Shown here: piece after piece, positions 1 through 13,326 of the stretch | Numbering within the stretch: the stretch's first letter is position 1 | Layout of the letters: the number at the start of each line of letters is the position of its first letter | Source of the DNA: Octopus vulgaris | Taxonomy: Eukaryota | NCBI GenBank assembly: GCA_951406725.2 | Contig: OX597820.1 | Span: forward strand, 98,704,001-98,768,000 | DNA: 64,000 nucleotides | Direction: 5' to 3' | Translations under genes and position numbers: made by a program | Notes under the pieces: generated by a model | Databases searched by the model: none | Told to the model about the DNA's origin: nothing | Seen by the model: the letters and a program-made list of their open reading frames with translations, nothing else

Positions 1-6
1 CCAAAT

Positions 7-189
7 GGCATGGCTGTGTGGTAAGGAGCTTGCTTCCCAACCACATGGTTCCGGGTTCAGTCCCACAACGTGGCACCTTGGTTAACTGTCTTCTTCTATA
101 GCCTTGGGCTGACCAAAGCCTTGTGAGTGGATTTGGTAGACGGAAACTGAAAGAAGCCTCTCGTGTATATATATATATATATATATGTG

Positions 190-233
<44 letters not shown>

Positions 234-457
234 GTATGCATGTATATGTTTTGGTGTCCGTGTTTGTCCCCTCACCATCACTTGACCACCGATGTTGATG
301 CGTTTACGTTCCCGTAACCTAGCGGTTCGGCAAAAAAAGCTGAAAAATAGCTACTATGCTAACAAAGAATAAGTCTTGGCGTCGATTTCTTTGACTAAAA
401 GGCGGTGCTCCAGCATAGCCGCAGTCAAGTGTCTGAAACAAGTAAAAAGATAAAAGA
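7..457 (+). mobile_element. SINE family A (tRNA-derived head, internal TA/TG microsatellite, CR1-like tail)
   Basis: A-box-like tggctgtgtggtaa and B-box-like gggttcagtccc head; body ggatttggtagacggaaactgaaagaagc; tail ggcggtgctccagcat...ctgaaacaagtaaaa; many copies in window. Confidence 0.85.
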
Positions 458-1443
458 ATAATAGAATAAAAACTTTATCCACTCTGTATTTATTTTATTT
501 CTAAAACTCCCCCAACGTTTATTTCTCAAACTTCACTTATTCCACATTCATAGCTTTCTTTTAATCTTTTCTTTCTCGTGTTCTTCGCCCTACCTCCACA
601 TTGTGGCACCTCTATACTTTGATAATTAAAAGTTACGGTATATTTGATCAGATAACTTTGGTTTTGAATTTGCTTTGCAAGATTCGTGATATGCAATTGT
701 GTATTTGAAACTCACTTTGTTGTACTTTTGGAGGGTCGTTATGCCAATAATAACCAAGCGTATAGGTTCTATATAGAGTTGTTAGTCCTTCATCACACAC
801 TCAATCAATTAGATAGATGCGTTGCCATTCGCGACCTCATCAATGAAACAGCCTCCCCTGCTCTAGAACAGAGCTGGAGTTGACTTATAATAACAAAAAA
901 CTTATAACAATTCTTTCTGCTATAGGCACAAGGCCTAAAACATTTAGGGAGGCGCTAGTCGATTAAAACGACACCAGTGCTCAACTGGTACATGATTTAT
1001 CGACTCCAAAAGAAGGAAAGATGAAGCCGACTTCGGCGAAATTTGAACTCAAGCTCATATTACAATAATAGTATAAGTTGACTTATGATAATAAAAGAAA
1101 GTATAATAGAACCAATGCGTGTGTTTATTATTGGCGTAATAACTCTCCCAAGGAACAACATGATCTGATAAAATTGTTTTGATAATTGAATCAATCTCGG
1201 AATTTGTATAGATTACTCTGCCTTAAAATGCATTAAAACCTATATTTAGATTGCAGGCTTCTATGCCTTTACGAACAATAGCATCAAGATGTATGTTCTA
1301 TATGTGTGACTGAGTGCGTGCGCGTGTGCGTATGCGTATGTGTTTGTGAGCGTGTGTGCCCCTGTGCGTAAGTGAATGTGTATATATGTAAGTATATACA
1401 TGTATCTATATATAGTTGTGTGAATACGTATGCACGTACGGGT

Positions 1444-1544
<101 letters not shown>

Positions 1545-2049
1545 TTTTACTCTTTTACTTGTTTCAGCCATCCGGCTGAGGCCATGCTGGGGCACATATA
1601 TATATATATATATTATATATATATTATATATATATATATACATAGATATACATATGTGTGTGTTTGTGCGCGGTCTCTGTGTGTGTATATACATATATAT
1701 GCACACACATTTGTGTGCATGTGTGTGTGTGTGTGTGTAACATGCATATATATACATATATAATGACTGATGGTAGTCTTTCGTACTCTCGTAGTCCTAG
1801 AAAAATGGTTCTGCAGTTTCTTACTGAACGACCTGCACGAAATTTTTAGTAGTGGTTTTTTTTATAGTGATTGAATGTATGTGCTGCACATTGCATTAGC
1901 TTACTTAGTATACTCCCTGCATCCACTTGCAGATCAATGTGGGATGAAGTATTTCGCTTAAGAACACAACGCACCACCTGGAACAGGAACCAAAACCACC
2001 ATCTAGCGATCGCGAGTACAGTACTTTAGCCATTAGGAAAAGTGCCCTG

Positions 2050-2248
2050 ACATGATAGATCGCTAGCTCCTACACACAATTTTTTCTCTCCTTGTTTTTT
2101 TTCTGTGTATCTTTCTGTCGAAGAGCGTAGGCTCGAAACGTAAAAGACTTTCTATTTCTATTCCTGAGCGCTATACTAATACATTTGTTTGTTTGTACTC
2201 AACCTGCCTTCGTCTTTTGTTTATTTTCGTAAACCTTCCCGTTGTATA
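2050..2248 (+). mobile_element. Penelope-like pseudo-LTR fragment (family H1)
   Basis: Homologous to 29771-29952(-) and 61439-61612(+); contains HHR-like motif. Confidence 0.65.
2110..2147 (+). ncRNA. Minimal hammerhead ribozyme-like motif, A6U core
   Basis: tcttt-CTGTCGA-a-gagc(gtag)gctc-GAAAC-GTA-aaaga: 5-bp stem I, 4-bp stem II, palindromic ACGT stem III. Confidence 0.6.
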
Positions 2249-2719
2249 GACCGACAGACAGGCGAAGAGATTGAGACAAGCAGACAGATAGATACATTGA
2301 GAGACGAGAATAATTTAAGATAAGAAATATTATTCGTAAGGAACGTCATAGAAAGAGAAGGGAAATATCAAATTAGCTTGCGAAATAATCCTGGATGACG
2401 TAGGAAAACGAAGCAAGACAAGATGGACGGTGAGATTTTTAACAGCAAACTCTTCTCATATATAACACGTCACTGGTGTCGTTCCACTTCAAAAAAAAAA
2501 AAGGAAAGAAAAGAGAAAAAGAAAAGAAAAGAGTGGTATACGTGATCAACTTCACGTAAGGATGAGTGGCGATACAGAGATTTCAACAGCATAATCAATT
2601 TGTGAAATAGTCTTACAAAGTTATCTGTTTTATGAGATGTGTTTTTAAGATAGCTGATGATAGAGAGATAAAGAAGAGCCGAGTGAGTTAATAGCACTAT
2701 AAACGTGTGTGTATAAACA

Positions 2720-3121
2720 CATGCATGTATGTATGTATGTATGTATGTATGTATGTATGTATGTATGTATGTATGTATGTATGTATGTATGTATGCATGT
2801 ATGTATGCATGTATGTATGTATGTATGTATGCATGCATGTATGTAGGTATATAACTATATATAAGTTGTATGTATGTATTTATGTGTCAGCACATATACA
2901 TATATATATATATATTCATGCACACACATATACATGCATATATGTATGCATGCATAGTGCTGTGTATCTAAATATGTAAATATCCCTAACTGAATATATT
3001 CATATATGTGTATGTATGTGCGTATACATACTTTATTTATATACATACACGCACACACACTTGTATACCTACATACAGATTGATAAACTTGATAAACAGA
3101 TAGACAGATAAACAGACAGAT

Positions 3122-3181
<60 letters not shown>

Positions 3182-3188
3182 GGCAGAT

Positions 3189-3259
<71 letters not shown>

Positions 3260-3290
3260 CAGACAGATAGATGTAAATACACAAACTAAT
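2720..3290. repeat. (TATG)n, (GACA)n, (GATA)n microsatellites
   Basis: Visible directly. Confidence 0.95.
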
Positions 3291-3774
3291 ATATATACAC
3301 ACACACATATGTATATGCATATATATCCATATATAAATACAGATATGTATATATGCGCATATATGTACATATATGTGCATACATCAATGTACGTGCGTAT
3401 GTGTTTATGTATGTACTTAGGTATGTATAAAACGAATATTAATGACTACTCAACAACTGACAAGTGAGTTCCCAAAGTCGTTGGTAGCAATAACCTGAAT
3501 AGGGTAGGGGCGATGCGATTGCTTAAATAGGGGAGTGATGTGAAAATACAATGATATGGCATTATATATCTCTCCATGGTTCATTTCATCCATCCATCAT
3601 ATTGAGAATTTACAGACGACAGAATTAAAGAAATTATTGTAAAGCCTATCCTTTCTTTTATCTTTTATTCTGAGTTTTGTTAAGTTCGAAGTTTTATTAA
3701 GCTCGGAGTGGTGGCAACGAGAGAGACCGCCGAATAAGCTACGTTTGATGATTAATTTTGACGTATTAACTTCT

Positions 3775-4780
3775 GAGTTCAAATCATACCACAGTATATT
3801 TTACTGTTAATTTCTGGGATCTTACCCTTTGAACGGCAAATCGAGAAATTAATTTTTTGTAACTAAACACTTTCAAACTTCGGACACTGGTAGAATGTGT
3901 CATATAAAACATCTTTTACTCTTAGTGTTGTTGAGAAAAGTTTGTATTTGCAAAGTTATTTCTTGTTAAAGTTGTCGAATTTCAGTAGTTTCAACCAATC
4001 AATGACGTGTATTCAGCTGAATAAAATTACTGCTGTTGTTTGTCAACAACAACTTCCGGCGGTGTATATTTTGTTCATCACTGTTATTTATGACATATTT
4101 AATCTCAGTTACGTTTGTATGAATAAACGAGTGTATCTGAAGTATGTTTACTTCATAGTACCATCACAATCGTTCGTGCATTTCTACTGCTTTTATTTTT
4201 TCTTTCTTGTTTTTCAGCTCCTATTTTCGGTAAGACTTTTCCCCCTACACCTCCAATTTCTTCATTTTTCACTTTTTTCTGTAACTCTAACCCTAAAATC
4301 CCAACTCTAACCCTAACCGTAAAACCCTAACCCTAACCCTAAAACCCTAACCCTAACCCTAACTCTAAAACCCTAACACTAACCCTAAAACACTAACCCT
4401 AACCCTAACCCTAAAACACTAGCCCTAAAACCCTAAAGCTAAAATCAGTACAAATAACGAACGATGTCATAAATAACAGTGACAAACGAAATATATACCG
4501 CCGATAGTTGTTGTTGACAAACTACGGCAGTAATTGTATTCAGCTAAATACACGTCATTGATTGGTTGAAGTTACCGAAATACAACTTTAACACGAAATA
4601 GCTTTGAAAATATAAACTTTTCTCAACAACACTAAAAGTAAAAGATGTTTTATATGACACATTCTGCCAGTGTCCGAAGTTTGAAAGTGTTTGGTTACAA
4701 AAAATTATTTTCGATTTGCCGTTCAAAGGGTAAGATCCCAGAAATTAACAGTAAAATATACTGTGGTATGATTTAAACTC
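3775..4780. mobile_element. Fold-back/MITE-like element with ~320-bp inverted arms and internal (CCCTAA)-rich tract
   Basis: 3775-4097 is the diverged reverse complement of 4463-4780; ccctaa/ccctaaaa array at 4283-4445. Confidence 0.8.
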
Positions 4781-5335
4781 CCGTCCATTAAGATTAATGA
4801 CCTTGTACCTAAATTAGAAATAATGAAAAAAACAAAGGGCATCGGGGGGTGGGGGGACTGCCCTGTACGCAGATAAATATTTTCGCAAGATTTAGTGTGG
4901 CTTACAATGCGTTACTTTTTGATTGAACTGAATTAAGCTTTGTTTTCTTCTTAAGTATTACCATTATTAGGTATTTACCCGGGTGAAATTAAGAAATCAA
5001 CGCGTAAATAAACTAAACCCTCGAATCCATCACTGTACATACGCGCGCACGCATATCTATGTATGTTCCCACACGTATCTACGCGCATAGGTACATTATG
5101 ATTTATGCACACTCAGACGAGGGTCGATTCATATGAAAAAGAAAGTGAACAAAATGAAATCCTTATCTTCATCATTACCATCATCTTCGATTAACGTCTG
5201 CCTTCCATGCTGGAGAAAATATTGCATAGAATTTGAGAAGTGTTTCACCAATATAGGTATTTATACTACAGTGAAATTAAGAAATCAACTCGTAAATAAA
5301 CGAAACCCTCGAATCCATCACTGTACACACACACA

Positions 5336-5397
<62 letters not shown>

Positions 5398-5653
5398 AAC
5401 ACACAGAGTCGCATACCTATATAATGTATTTATGTATGTTTGAAAATAAACCAAATATTCAACATTTCGAGCCACTCATCCAATGAGTATTTCTGCCAAA
5501 TTTGGTGAAAATCCGTTCGGCCGTTTTCCAGTAGTTTTGCAAACACTCAGACAAAGATGAGTGATTACAATACTCTGCTTTCGCTTACACACGCAGGGTA
5601 ATTATTAGTCACTGTCCAATAATAGGCGGTCGGCAGACCTGTAGATAAAATCC

Positions 5654-5830
5654 TTCATTCATTCATTCCTTCTTTCGAATTCATATGGAGTATATTGCGC
5701 CAACCAGAGATTTCACTCCGTCTCGATCTTTGGCCACGGGTTACAAGTTGTCGAAGCTGATGCTACCTGCCGGTACTTCAGTTTCTGTTGATTTTCTCCG
5801 TGTTGTTTTTGTTCTGTCACACTCTTGGTG
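5654..5830 (-). mobile_element. Degenerate RTE-like LINE 3' end
   Basis: Minus-strand translation RTKTTRRKSTETE...VAKDR resembles RTE C-terminus; short (GAAT)n tail. Confidence 0.45.
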
Positions 5831-7283
5831 AGAAAAGGTTATTTTCTACATCTTAGCTTCCTTTCGACTTCCACTACATTGCTTTATACTCAGTCTCTAA
5901 GGACTACCAGCTCCATTACCAGGACCAGTTATATGTATTCTCTTGATGGTGTTTGAGCGGTAAAGTAGAAAAATTGATAGTTCAAGGCTGCTAACCCTAC
6001 GCTTACCACCCTTCTTTCTCAACCAGTCTTGGGAGAGGCTATGGTAGAATTTGCAGACTATTTTAGCTGTATTCCTCTTTCAGGACTCAAATTCCACCTA
6101 AGTAAAGTATTTTTCATCCATCCCAGGTCAATAAAAATGGCACCAATGAAACTGGAACTCTCTCCTCTCTAAATTTCTGCGTCTATGACGAAGTTAGAAA
6201 TCATTATTATTTAGCTTAAGACAGTGAGATGGTGTCATATCCTTATGGATAAACGATTACACTGGAACAGTGTAATAACAATATAATCGAAACAAACGGC
6301 AGTAACCACGCGGAACGTAACAACAATCTTTTGAGAACCTACAATCCAACACGCTAACTAAAACTGTAAACCTTGAATTCCAAATTTGAACTATCAGCAC
6401 ACGAACTTTGGAACTAGCACAATGATTTTATTCAAACCGCACAGACAGCTACTATCTGGCAGTGGTCCAGTCCATTCTTGCACACAGGATGGCAAATCAT
6501 TACTAGCAGGACCAAAATTCTTAGCGGCATTTCGTTCGCCTTTATGTTCTGAGTTCAAATTGCACCGAGGTCGACTTCGCCCTATATCCTTTCGGAGTCG
6601 ATAAAATAAGTAGCAGCAGGACACCAGGGCCCACTAAACCCCTCTCCCAAAATTTTAGACCTTGTATTTGTGGTAAAAAGAATTATTTATTTAGCCCAAT
6701 ATTTGGTTAATAGAAGAATCCCTGGAGCACTAGATATAATGTCAGGTTGTTGAACTTCTGTTGGTTAATATCGACAGGAAAATCTGAAGTTAGCAGACAT
6801 TCCAGATGGCCGAAGCAATTATGTAGCGTGTTTTAAATGGCATATAGAGGAAGGGAGCATACTATAGACAACTCTGTAAGAGTCAGGTGCATCGGATGGG
6901 CATACGATGGGTTGTATAGGGTTGGATAATTCAGAAGAACAGGAACTGGTGTAATGCAGTGGAAGAAACCTTAAAAGTTACAATATGCTTGCGATTAAAG
7001 AGATACCTTCTCTTCTGTCGCTTGAAATAGTAGCCCAAACTCCCTTAATCACAGCTTACCATCTTAGAATACGCAATCCTTGAAATGAAAAAAATAAAAT
7101 GGGACGGTCACGGTTGAGACGTCATTAATTATTGAGCATTTTCATCTTAAATGATTGATCTGTACCTTCCCTACATGGACGCCTCATGAAAAACCGGAGA
7201 GAAAATAAAAAGGGAGAAAAAGCGAGAAAGCAAAGGAGAAAGAGAAAGACTTAAAGACGTGAGACGTATGAATAAAACAGGAA

Positions 7284-7327
<44 letters not shown>

Positions 7328-7560
7328 AGTTTGAACCATAACAATGCGTTGAGAAAGACTTATTGGAAGGAAGAGAGAAAAATAGGTGAGATAATCAATC
7401 AGAAGGAGAGGAAGCTTGGTAGACTGAAGGGGAGGACATAAGGGAAAGAGAGAGAGAAAGCCATACAGAGCGTGATTGGGTAAGAGGAAAGCAGAAAGAA
7501 AGAAAAGCTAGAGAGAGGGACAGAAGGAGAGACAGAGACAGGGACAGAGCGAGACAGATA

Positions 7561-7598
<38 letters not shown>

Positions 7599-7661
7599 CT
7601 GACAGAAAAAGAGATAAAGTAGAGAGACCGAAAGAATGAACGTAGCGAGAAAGAAAGCGAT

Positions 7662-8433
7662 GCTGGCAGAATCGTTACCACGCCGGGCGAAATGCGTAGC
7701 CGTATTTCGTCTGCGTTACGCTGCAAGTTCAAATTCCGCCGAGGTCGACTTTGCCTTTCATCCTTTCAGGGTCGATAAATTAAGTACCAGTTACGCACTG
7801 GGGTCGATGTAATCGACTTAATACCTATGTCTGTCCTTGTTTGCCCGCTCTGTGTTTAGCCCCTTGTGGGTAATAAAGAAATACGTATTTCGTCTGCCGC
7901 TCCGTTGTGAGTTCAAATTCCGCCTAGGTCGACTTTGCCTTTCATCCTTTCGGGGTCGATAAATTAAGTACCAGTTACTCACTGGGGTCGATGTAATCGA
8001 CTTAATCCGTTTGTCTGTCCTTGTCTGTCCCCTCTATGTTTAGTCCCTTGTGGGTAGTAAAGAAATAGGTATTTTGTCTGCCATTACGTTCTGAGTTCAA
8101 ATTCCGCCGAGGTCGACTTTGCCTTTCATCCTTTCGGAGTCGATAAATTAAGTACCAGTTACTCACTGGGGTCGATGTAATCGACTTAATCCGTTTGTCT
8201 GTCCTTGTCTGTCCCCTCTATGTTTAGTCCCTTGTGGGTAGTAAAGAACTAGGTATTTTGTCTGACATTACGTTCTGAGTTCAAATTCCGCCGGGGTCGA
8301 CTTTGCCTTTCATCCTTTCGGGGTCGATAAATTAAGTACCAGTTACTCACTGGTGTCGATGTAATCGACTTAATCCGTTTGTCTATCCTTGTCTGTCCCT
8401 TCTATGTTTAGCCCCTTGTGGGTAATAAAGAAT
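7662..8433 (+). mobile_element. SINE family B: one head plus four tandem ~184-bp bodies
   Basis: Head gctggcagaatcgtt; units restart at gtattt near 7702, 7885, 8069, 8253; B-box-like gagttcaaattcc in units. Confidence 0.85.
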
Positions 8434-8896
8434 CCGATAATAAAAGGGTAACTGGGTGAGTGTGTAAAAATACAGTAAAAAGAAAAGAAAAAAAAAGAAA
8501 GAAAGGAACAGACATCATATCTGAGAGTTCAAATACTTTGATCCATTCTTGTTGTTCCATGAGAAATCATTGAGATTCCCATCATCGCCTGCCGAGCGTC
8601 TTTAAAACGCGGTAGGTGGCCGACTGGCTAAGGGAAGTAACTACTCACTGCTTTATGAACTTGACATCGTTTTACAATAACGGCCAGTACGAAGTGGTAG
8701 TAAATAAAATTTTCCATTATCTAATTCTAGAATCTAAACTGGCGTCTGTATCCGTCTCAGACTTGTGGATTCATCGTATATTTTATGTCTGTCCGTCTGC
8801 TTTCTTTGTGTCTGTCAGCCTGCTTACAAGAATAGTTGAAGTCGCTTTCTTGTTTTTGATAATGTTATTGAATGACAGATCGCTCGCGCGCGAGTA

Positions 8897-8955
<59 letters not shown>

Positions 8956-9127
8956 ATGCGTGTGTGTGTGCGCAATTGTGTGTGTGTGCGTGTGCACACG
9001 CGTGAGTATGTATTTCGATGTATGTATGAACGAAGAATGTATTGAAGTTTTGGAGACTAATATTTTGTCGACGTCTCTGTCTAAATATCTAATCTATAAA
9101 TGACCATCTACACATATCTATCTAACA

Positions 9128-9213
<86 letters not shown>

Positions 9214-9269
9214 TTGTCAGTTTGCCTGTCTGTCTGTGTATCTGCCTGTCCGCCTGTTTATCTATCTTA

Positions 9270-9472
9270 TTTCTTTTATACACAGAGGGGACAAACAAGG
9301 ACAGACAAAGGGATTAAGTCGATTACATCGGCCTCAGTGCGTAACTGGTACTTAATTTATCGACTCCGAAAGGATGAAAGGCAAAGTCGACCTCGGCGGA
9401 ATTTGAACTCAAAACGTAACGACAGACGAAATACCGCTAAGAATTTCGCCCAGCGTGCTAACGTTTCTGCCC
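9270..9472 (-). mobile_element. SINE family B
   Basis: Reverse complement of the 7662 unit. Confidence 0.8.
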
Positions 9473-9982
9473 TATCTATCTACCTGTGTGTGTGTGTGTG
9501 AGTGCGTGTACATAGAGGAATCCTCCGCATTACAAAAATAACGTGTTCCTGAATCCCGTAACGCGAAATTGCTTCCATTGATTTTCATGATATAAAGTGA
9601 TAATGCTTTCCAATGGATTGGGTTTTTTTTTGTTTTGTTTTGTTTTTAGCTTTTTTGCTTCTCGAAAACGAAGCGAAAAAACAACAACAAAAACAAGCAG
9701 CATGGCTGCTTTTATGCTTAAAATGCGTTAGGGAATAAGGAAGAGTTTTAATATCGTAATATCTTACCCAAAAGATGTCAAATACCGTGTCGAGGACGTT
9801 GGTGCTGAAATAAGAGTTACTGAGAAGATAAGGGACACTATTCGTTCATAATCTACCTGGTTGAATCAAGCTTAATTAATAGTTCAAACAAATTACATTC
9901 TTTTAGGGTTAGGGTTAGGGTTTTACGGTTAGGGTTAGAGTTGGGATTCAGTTGACTGAAATTTATATATATATATATATAT

Positions 9983-10140
9983 ATACGACGGGCTTCTTTT
10001 AGTTTCCGTTTACCAAATCCACTAAAACCACTCACAAGATTTTCGTCGGCCCGAGGCTATAGTAGAAGTCACTTGTCCAAGGTGCTACACAGTGGGACTG
10101 AACCCGGAGCCATGTGGTTTGGAAGCAAGCTTCTTGCCAC
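9983..10140 (-). mobile_element. SINE family A, 5' half
   Basis: Reverse complement of family A head and body. Confidence 0.8.
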
Positions 10141-10179
10141 CAAAATATATCCCATCATATTCTATTGTCTGTGATCATC

Positions 10180-11035
10180 GTTGAGCCAGAAGCTCAATTC
10201 TAGGTTTATACCATCTGGCTGGTTTAGAGGTAAAAGCCCCCTTACACCCTTTTCTCAACTCCATCCACATTGTTAAACCTTCGACTGTGCAGGAAATGAA
10301 CCATAACTCGGAAACAAGTGGTAATCTGACACTGCAGAATCCGAATCTGATACTGCAGGATCCAGGCAACGTTTCTAGCCCTCATGTTCCTCAAGATTGC
10401 GCTTGGTCACATAAGCAGTGTGTGCTGAGGCATTGTCATGTATCATATACATTGTCATGTCGTGTATCATATAGTCGCTAAAGCTGAGCATAAAATTTAG
10501 CGTTCACAGCGTGACCATCTGGGAAGGCTCAGAATGCAACACCATCTCGAAATTCCACCAAACACACAACATGACCTTGTGTGGAAACCGCCCTTGTTTG
10601 ATGAAAGGTTCTGAAACCTGACCGGAACGAAGCTACTCATTTCTCTTATTAAGATTACGAAAATACATACTTTTTTCATCCCCAGTTACAGTTTGATGCT
10701 GAAAACGGGCTTCTCGAGGATTTGACGGTAGTCGTTTGCAAATATTCACAGGTCATTGAGGCTGGTCCTTAGTCTGTTAATGAGGAGCTTCTCGACAGTG
10801 TCTGTTCACAAGGAAGAGCTTATGGAAGTGTCGATTGAAGGTGTTTTGTGAATGACAAATTTCTACTGACAACGTACGAGCGCTTGTGCTCGGCGTTTGT
10901 TCAAGCAAGGCCTAATCTTCCACAAGAGAAGGTCTCTCTAACTTTGGTTTGTCATGAGACTGGTGATACCTTCCTTGATGACTGAATCAGTTTTGTGTCA
11001 CACGTTCGTTGATAGTTCCTGGGCCTTCCATATTA
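10180..11035 (-). mobile_element. Decayed mariner-type transposase
   Basis: Minus-strand translation with stops: ...ERPSLVED...TPSTSARTLS...VTGDEKSMYF (mariner VTGDEKW motif). Confidence 0.6.
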
Positions 11036-11743
11036 ATTTCTCTCAGTTCTTTTTTCCACAGGTAGTGTAGAATTACTCTAATTAAAATTTTTTCGTCACT
11101 CATTATCAAAGTTGTAAAATAAGGAATTAACAATTAATGTCTATATGTTTTTATATATGAAAACAAAAAAGAAACATTTGAACATCGATTGAACAATAAG
11201 TTATGTCAAATTAAGGATATATCATGGAGTATCCGGACAAAACCTACCTAGGACAAAACCCTCTTAAGACAAAAACACCCTAGGATAAAACTACATTCAT
11301 CATGGAAATTCAAGTTGTCTAACATCAGGGAAACTCCGAAAAAAACTTTGATTCAACCTAGTAGGAAGAACTTATCCAAAACTGCGTGATATTTATGATG
11401 CATCATTTTTCTGTGCTGCTGTGTTTAGGAACTGAACTCATTGTAAATTCTTCTTATAGATTTTGTTATGCTCACGACTACGGCAGATGTTATCCGCAAA
11501 AAAAAAACTTGCAAGCCTTCCTCTATAAGTGCCAGCCCTTTTAGCAGTAGAGTTGGTGGAATTTCCGTACTGTCATGTGTATTTTCGGTTGCTCTCGTTC
11601 TAACAGCTTCATCTTCGTGTTAGAGACAATCTTCTCTATGCTACGTTAGCAACAATCCCTACATAATCCTCTATCAATTCTTCATATGTGTGTATGTGTA
11701 TGAGTGTGTGTCCGCGTGCGTGTGTTCTTTATATGTGTGGTGG

Positions 11744-12042
11744 GGGAGACACATGGCTTAGTGGTTAGAGCAGCGGAATCGCAGTCGAGGGATCGCGGGT
11801 TCGAATCTCAGACCGGGCAATGTGTGTATTTATGAGCAAAACACCTAAGCTTCATGCGGCTCCGGCAGAAGGTAATGGCGAATTTCTGCTGACTTTTTCG
11901 CCACAACTTCTCTCACTCTTTCCTCCTGCATCTTGAAGCTCACCTGCGACGGACCGGCGTCCCGTCCAGGTGGGGAACCTATACGCCAAGGAAACCGGGA
12001 AACCGGCCCTGATGAGCCAGGCATGGTTCGAGAAGGAACAAT
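11744..12042 (+). mobile_element. SINE family C, tail type 1
   Basis: tRNA head tggcttagtggttagagc...ggttcgaatct; tail cctgcgacggaccggcgtcccgtccaggtgggg. Confidence 0.8.
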
Positions 12043-12062
12043 CATATATATATATATATATA

Positions 12063-12278
12063 TAGTTAATAAAGTTAATAAAGTTAATCCAAACAAGAAA
12101 ACAAAAAGACAACAACGCAAGGATGTGGAACAAATAAAGTATTATTGGACGCTCAGGAAAGAAGGGAAGAAGGAGGGTTTGACGTTTCGAGCGGAGCTCT
12201 TCGTCGGAAACATAGGAGAAGGAAAGATCCCGAGACGGGAGGACAGAGGAAAAAAATCGCCGGTGGTATTCACGAGGT

Positions 12279-12282
<4 letters not shown>
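12063..12282 (-). mobile_element. PLE pseudo-LTR fragment (H1-related) between (TA)n tracts
   Basis: Shares ttcctgagcg and gaagagc..gctcgaaacgt with H1; TA runs on both sides. Confidence 0.6.
12177..12211 (-). ncRNA. Minimal hammerhead-like motif, U4C core
   Basis: gttt-CCGACGA-a-gagc(tcc)gctc-GAAAC-GTC-aaac on minus strand. Confidence 0.6.
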
Positions 12283-12334
<52 letters not shown>

Positions 12335-12337
<3 letters not shown>

Positions 12338-13205
12338 GTGAGTGAAAAGTAAGTAGGCATTAAAAATTGGTAATAAAATCCATATTCCTTTTACAAATTT
12401 ATTAAAACAAGTGATATATGTCCTTTATTACATGAGAAAATGAAAAAGTAAAGCACCGGTGGCGTCAACTAGTTTCCTCTAATGGCCATGTATGGAATGA
12501 ACGACCTTCTGAAGAACGTCGTCTGGGTTATCATTGAGGACCTCCTGAATCCGTGTCTCCAAGTCCTCTAGTGTGCGAGGTTTTGTCTTGTACACCTCCT
12601 CCTTTGCGTAACCTCACAGGTAAAAGTCACATGGAGTGAAATCCGGAGTTCTTGGAGTTCTGGACTTCTGCTGTCGCAGTCTTCGGGTTTTAGCTCCCGC
12701 ACGTAAATGGGTTTCCATAGACGAAAATTCAATTCTTTATGCAAAACCATACGTATTGTGTGTCTTGTTAGTCCACTATCACGACCTGCGTAAGGTATTG
12801 ATTTTTGCGGTCTGCGATTTAACATTTCCTGAACTGTTGCCACGTTCTCCACTGATCGAGATGGATGGCCACTTCTTGCATCCTTTACAGAGTTCGTGAT
12901 CATCAGTTTTGCATGACAGCTTTTTATTGTTCCCGGACGAAGTGTTGCATGGTTACCTTTCCATGCACGCCACCATCTTTGAACCAAAACAATAGAGTTC
13001 CACATTTCATACCATGCTGCTATCTTAGCTTGCTCCTGAACAGTTAAGCGACCGGCCATCTAGAAAATAAGAAATAAGACAAAAGGAAAAAAAAAAGAAA
13101 TCCCCATTAGTGTTGTCTGTTTAAGAAATGTTTCCGTCATGACTTCAGTGATACTAAAAGTTCTATAAGCAATTTCTAATGCTTAGTGACTTTCCACCCA
13201 CCCTG
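12335..13205 (-). mobile_element. Internally deleted Tc1/mariner-superfamily element
   Basis: Imperfect TIRs (agggtgagtgaaaagtaagtaggcatta / cagggtgggtggaaagtcactaagcatta), TA flanks; ORF 12568-13059 is an HTH N-terminus (RSGHPS); other frame gives SPDFTPCDFYL.GY..VY..KPRTLEDL; catalytic middle missing. Confidence 0.85.
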
Positions 13206-13252
13206 TATATATATATATATATATGATACATACATACATACATACATAATAC

Positions 13253-13326
<74 letters not shown>

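Noticed and set aside
4283-4445. True telomere or chromosome fusion scar
   Set aside because: Short, degenerate, and enclosed within an inverted-repeat element
11744-11820. tRNA genes
   Set aside because: A/B boxes present but they are SINE heads continuing into repeat bodies; no complete cloverleaf
12009-12040. Hammerhead in SINE C tail (CTGATGA gcca..tggt)
   Set aside because: No GAAA after the stem and no stem I/III; motif not kept in the 17203 copy
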